DNA of 64,000 nt, taken from positions 19,100,848-19,164,847 of the forward strand of contig CM120643.1 of the NCBI GenBank assembly GCA_051362555.1, in the 5' to 3' direction. Positions within the stretch are counted from its first letter, which is position 1, and every line of letters begins with the position of its first letter. Below the pieces are notes generated by a model. That model worked only from the letters and a program-made list of their open reading frames with translations, had not been told where the DNA came from and ran no database searches. The stretch is from Lingula anatina (taxonomy: Eukaryota > Animalia > Brachiopoda). This document shows positions 62,338 through 64,000 of the stretch, piece after piece. A program made the translations under genes and the position numbers.

Positions 62338-63138
62338 GAAACACACCAACCTTTTCATCTGAATCATCAGTTTATACACATGATTTGTATTGATCTCTCT
62401 AACCACACATTATACATGGTACAATCGCTTTGAGGAGGGGGGGAGGGGAGGGGGAGGGGCTCAAACAAACCATCCACTTGGATATCTATCAAGTCCTGAA
62501 CTAATTTATTAAACAGTCCCATTTTTTTTCTAAAAGAAATACCGCAATCCAATAACTGACCACAGATCTGTTTCACACATGATCTCAATGACAGACACCG
62601 TGTAATACAATGACCATGAAAATTTCATACAGGAATATTTTATCACCCTGACTATCTCCAAACCAACAATTAATCTGCCTGATACTAAAGAAATATTACC
62701 ATATTTTAAGTACAGGCACATGTGAAAAAAAATGGCAAAATGACAAAAGACAAAAACCGAAAAGAGAAATGAAATTTGGGAATCAACTTTACTATTTTTA
62801 AAAACTGTCTCCTACACTGCAGTGCCACAAGGATAATTCTGTCATAAACTACCCTCTACCAGGGCAAGAGATTGATTTTTCACAGATATGTCTCTAGATA
62901 AATAGACGGTCATTTTCCGTTTTTCCCTAAAAGTATATAATCTGCCACCCTGGTAGATGGTAGCCATAAACCCTTTTTAAAATACTCTACTGCCAGATGT
63001 CACTGCGTACACACAGCAGTACAAAACATTTGACTAAGCTTGAAACACCCTGTGTTTCCTGTTGTCAAGATCCATCAAAAGATAAAGTTATAGAAAAAAA
63101 CTGCTCTGCTGAGTTCCTCTCGCTCCTAGTAAGTAAGA

Positions 63139-63246
63139 CCCCATTCCCACAGATTTTAGATCGATCTATCCCTGTGGGGATTCTCACTAGATTACTGTCA
63201 GCTTAGCGGGCTTAAGCGTCTGTTGCCCGTAAATATCTGTGGGAAT
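63139..63246. mobile_element. Short MITE, same family as 21320-21530
   Basis: TIRs ATTCCCACAGAT / ATCTGTGGGAAT. The first ~55 bp are the reverse complement of about 21474-21530. Confidence 0.6.
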
Positions 63247-64000
63247 CGTCCCTTATTTTCAAAGAAACTATGAAACTCAGGGTGAAGATATCAGGAAAGG
63301 GAGCGGTGCTTGAAGCTAAATGCAATTAGGTTATTATTTTCCTTGACTTTTTTTCTTGACTCTTTTAAAGACAGACAATACATTTGCAATGTTATCCCAG
63401 CCCACCTGAGGTTCTTTTCAGTGCACATGAACTGTTTTAACGGTTAATAACCTCTCTTTCATGCTGCTTAGTATTTCCGATAGCAAGTACATCATCTTCT
63501 CTATAATTATTTCTGCACTGAATATATCCCAACTCTCTACAAGGTTTATAATGTACATAATGGGCTCTGAAAAGGTGGCTACACCGAAACAGATTGAAAC
63601 AGATCAGACCTACAGGGATGCTGGTGTAGATGTCTTTTTGTCAGTGTCACTTTTCTCTCAAATGGGTTTGCAAACATCAGTAAAGATATTAACACTTGAC
63701 TGAGTTATTACCTCCGCAAGGGAGGTAAATTTTTAATGTTTTTGCATTCAGTGATTTGTTAGTTAACAGCTTTACTCATAAAGCAGTGGATTGTTGTACT
63801 GGAATAACGAGCATCATTTTTGTTAAAATTTTGTTCACCAAACATTGGATTTATGATTCATAAAATAAGAAAGTGAAATCTTCCTGAGAGGCTACAGTAA
63901 GTTCAAGTGCACAAATATCAAATAAATGGCACTGATAAAGTCAAAAAATTTTCAAAAAATCAACCCAGCTAAAAAAAGTGAAGTATTTAATAAATTTGTA

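Noticed and set aside
60481-64000. Further SLC7 exons or an autonomous transposase ORF
   Set aside because: No in-phase exon with SLC7 N-terminal motifs and no long ORF was found. The region appears intronic.

Overview
AT-rich, intron-rich animal genomic DNA. The gene content and repeat families suggest a lophotrochozoan or other marine invertebrate (inference). Genes rebuilt by hand from splice sites and reading frames, left to right: (1) the 3' end of a hillarin/KY-like (transglutaminase plus Ig-like repeat) CDS; (2) two tRNA-Leu(CAG) genes; (3) two tandem 3-exon Ly6/uPAR (quiver/sleepless-like) genes encoding putative GPI-anchored proteins; (4) an unrecognised 4-exon minus-strand gene encoding a ~206-aa secreted Cys-rich protein; (5) a complete 21-coding-exon ELMO/ced-12 gene (22318-50730); (6) the last 9 exons of a convergent SLC7 L-type amino acid transporter light chain. 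Introns carry two complete Helentron-type non-autonomous elements with internal satellite arrays, hAT-like elements and MITEs, and microsatellites. The most notable observations are the orphan secreted gene, a run of decayed copies of one ELMO exon start, a candidate cassette exon next to a long hairpin, a 1-nt junction defect in the second Ly6 paralogue, and a cluster of ATF4/C-EBP motifs in an SLC7 intron. No database searches were run; protein identities rest on recognised sequence motifs.
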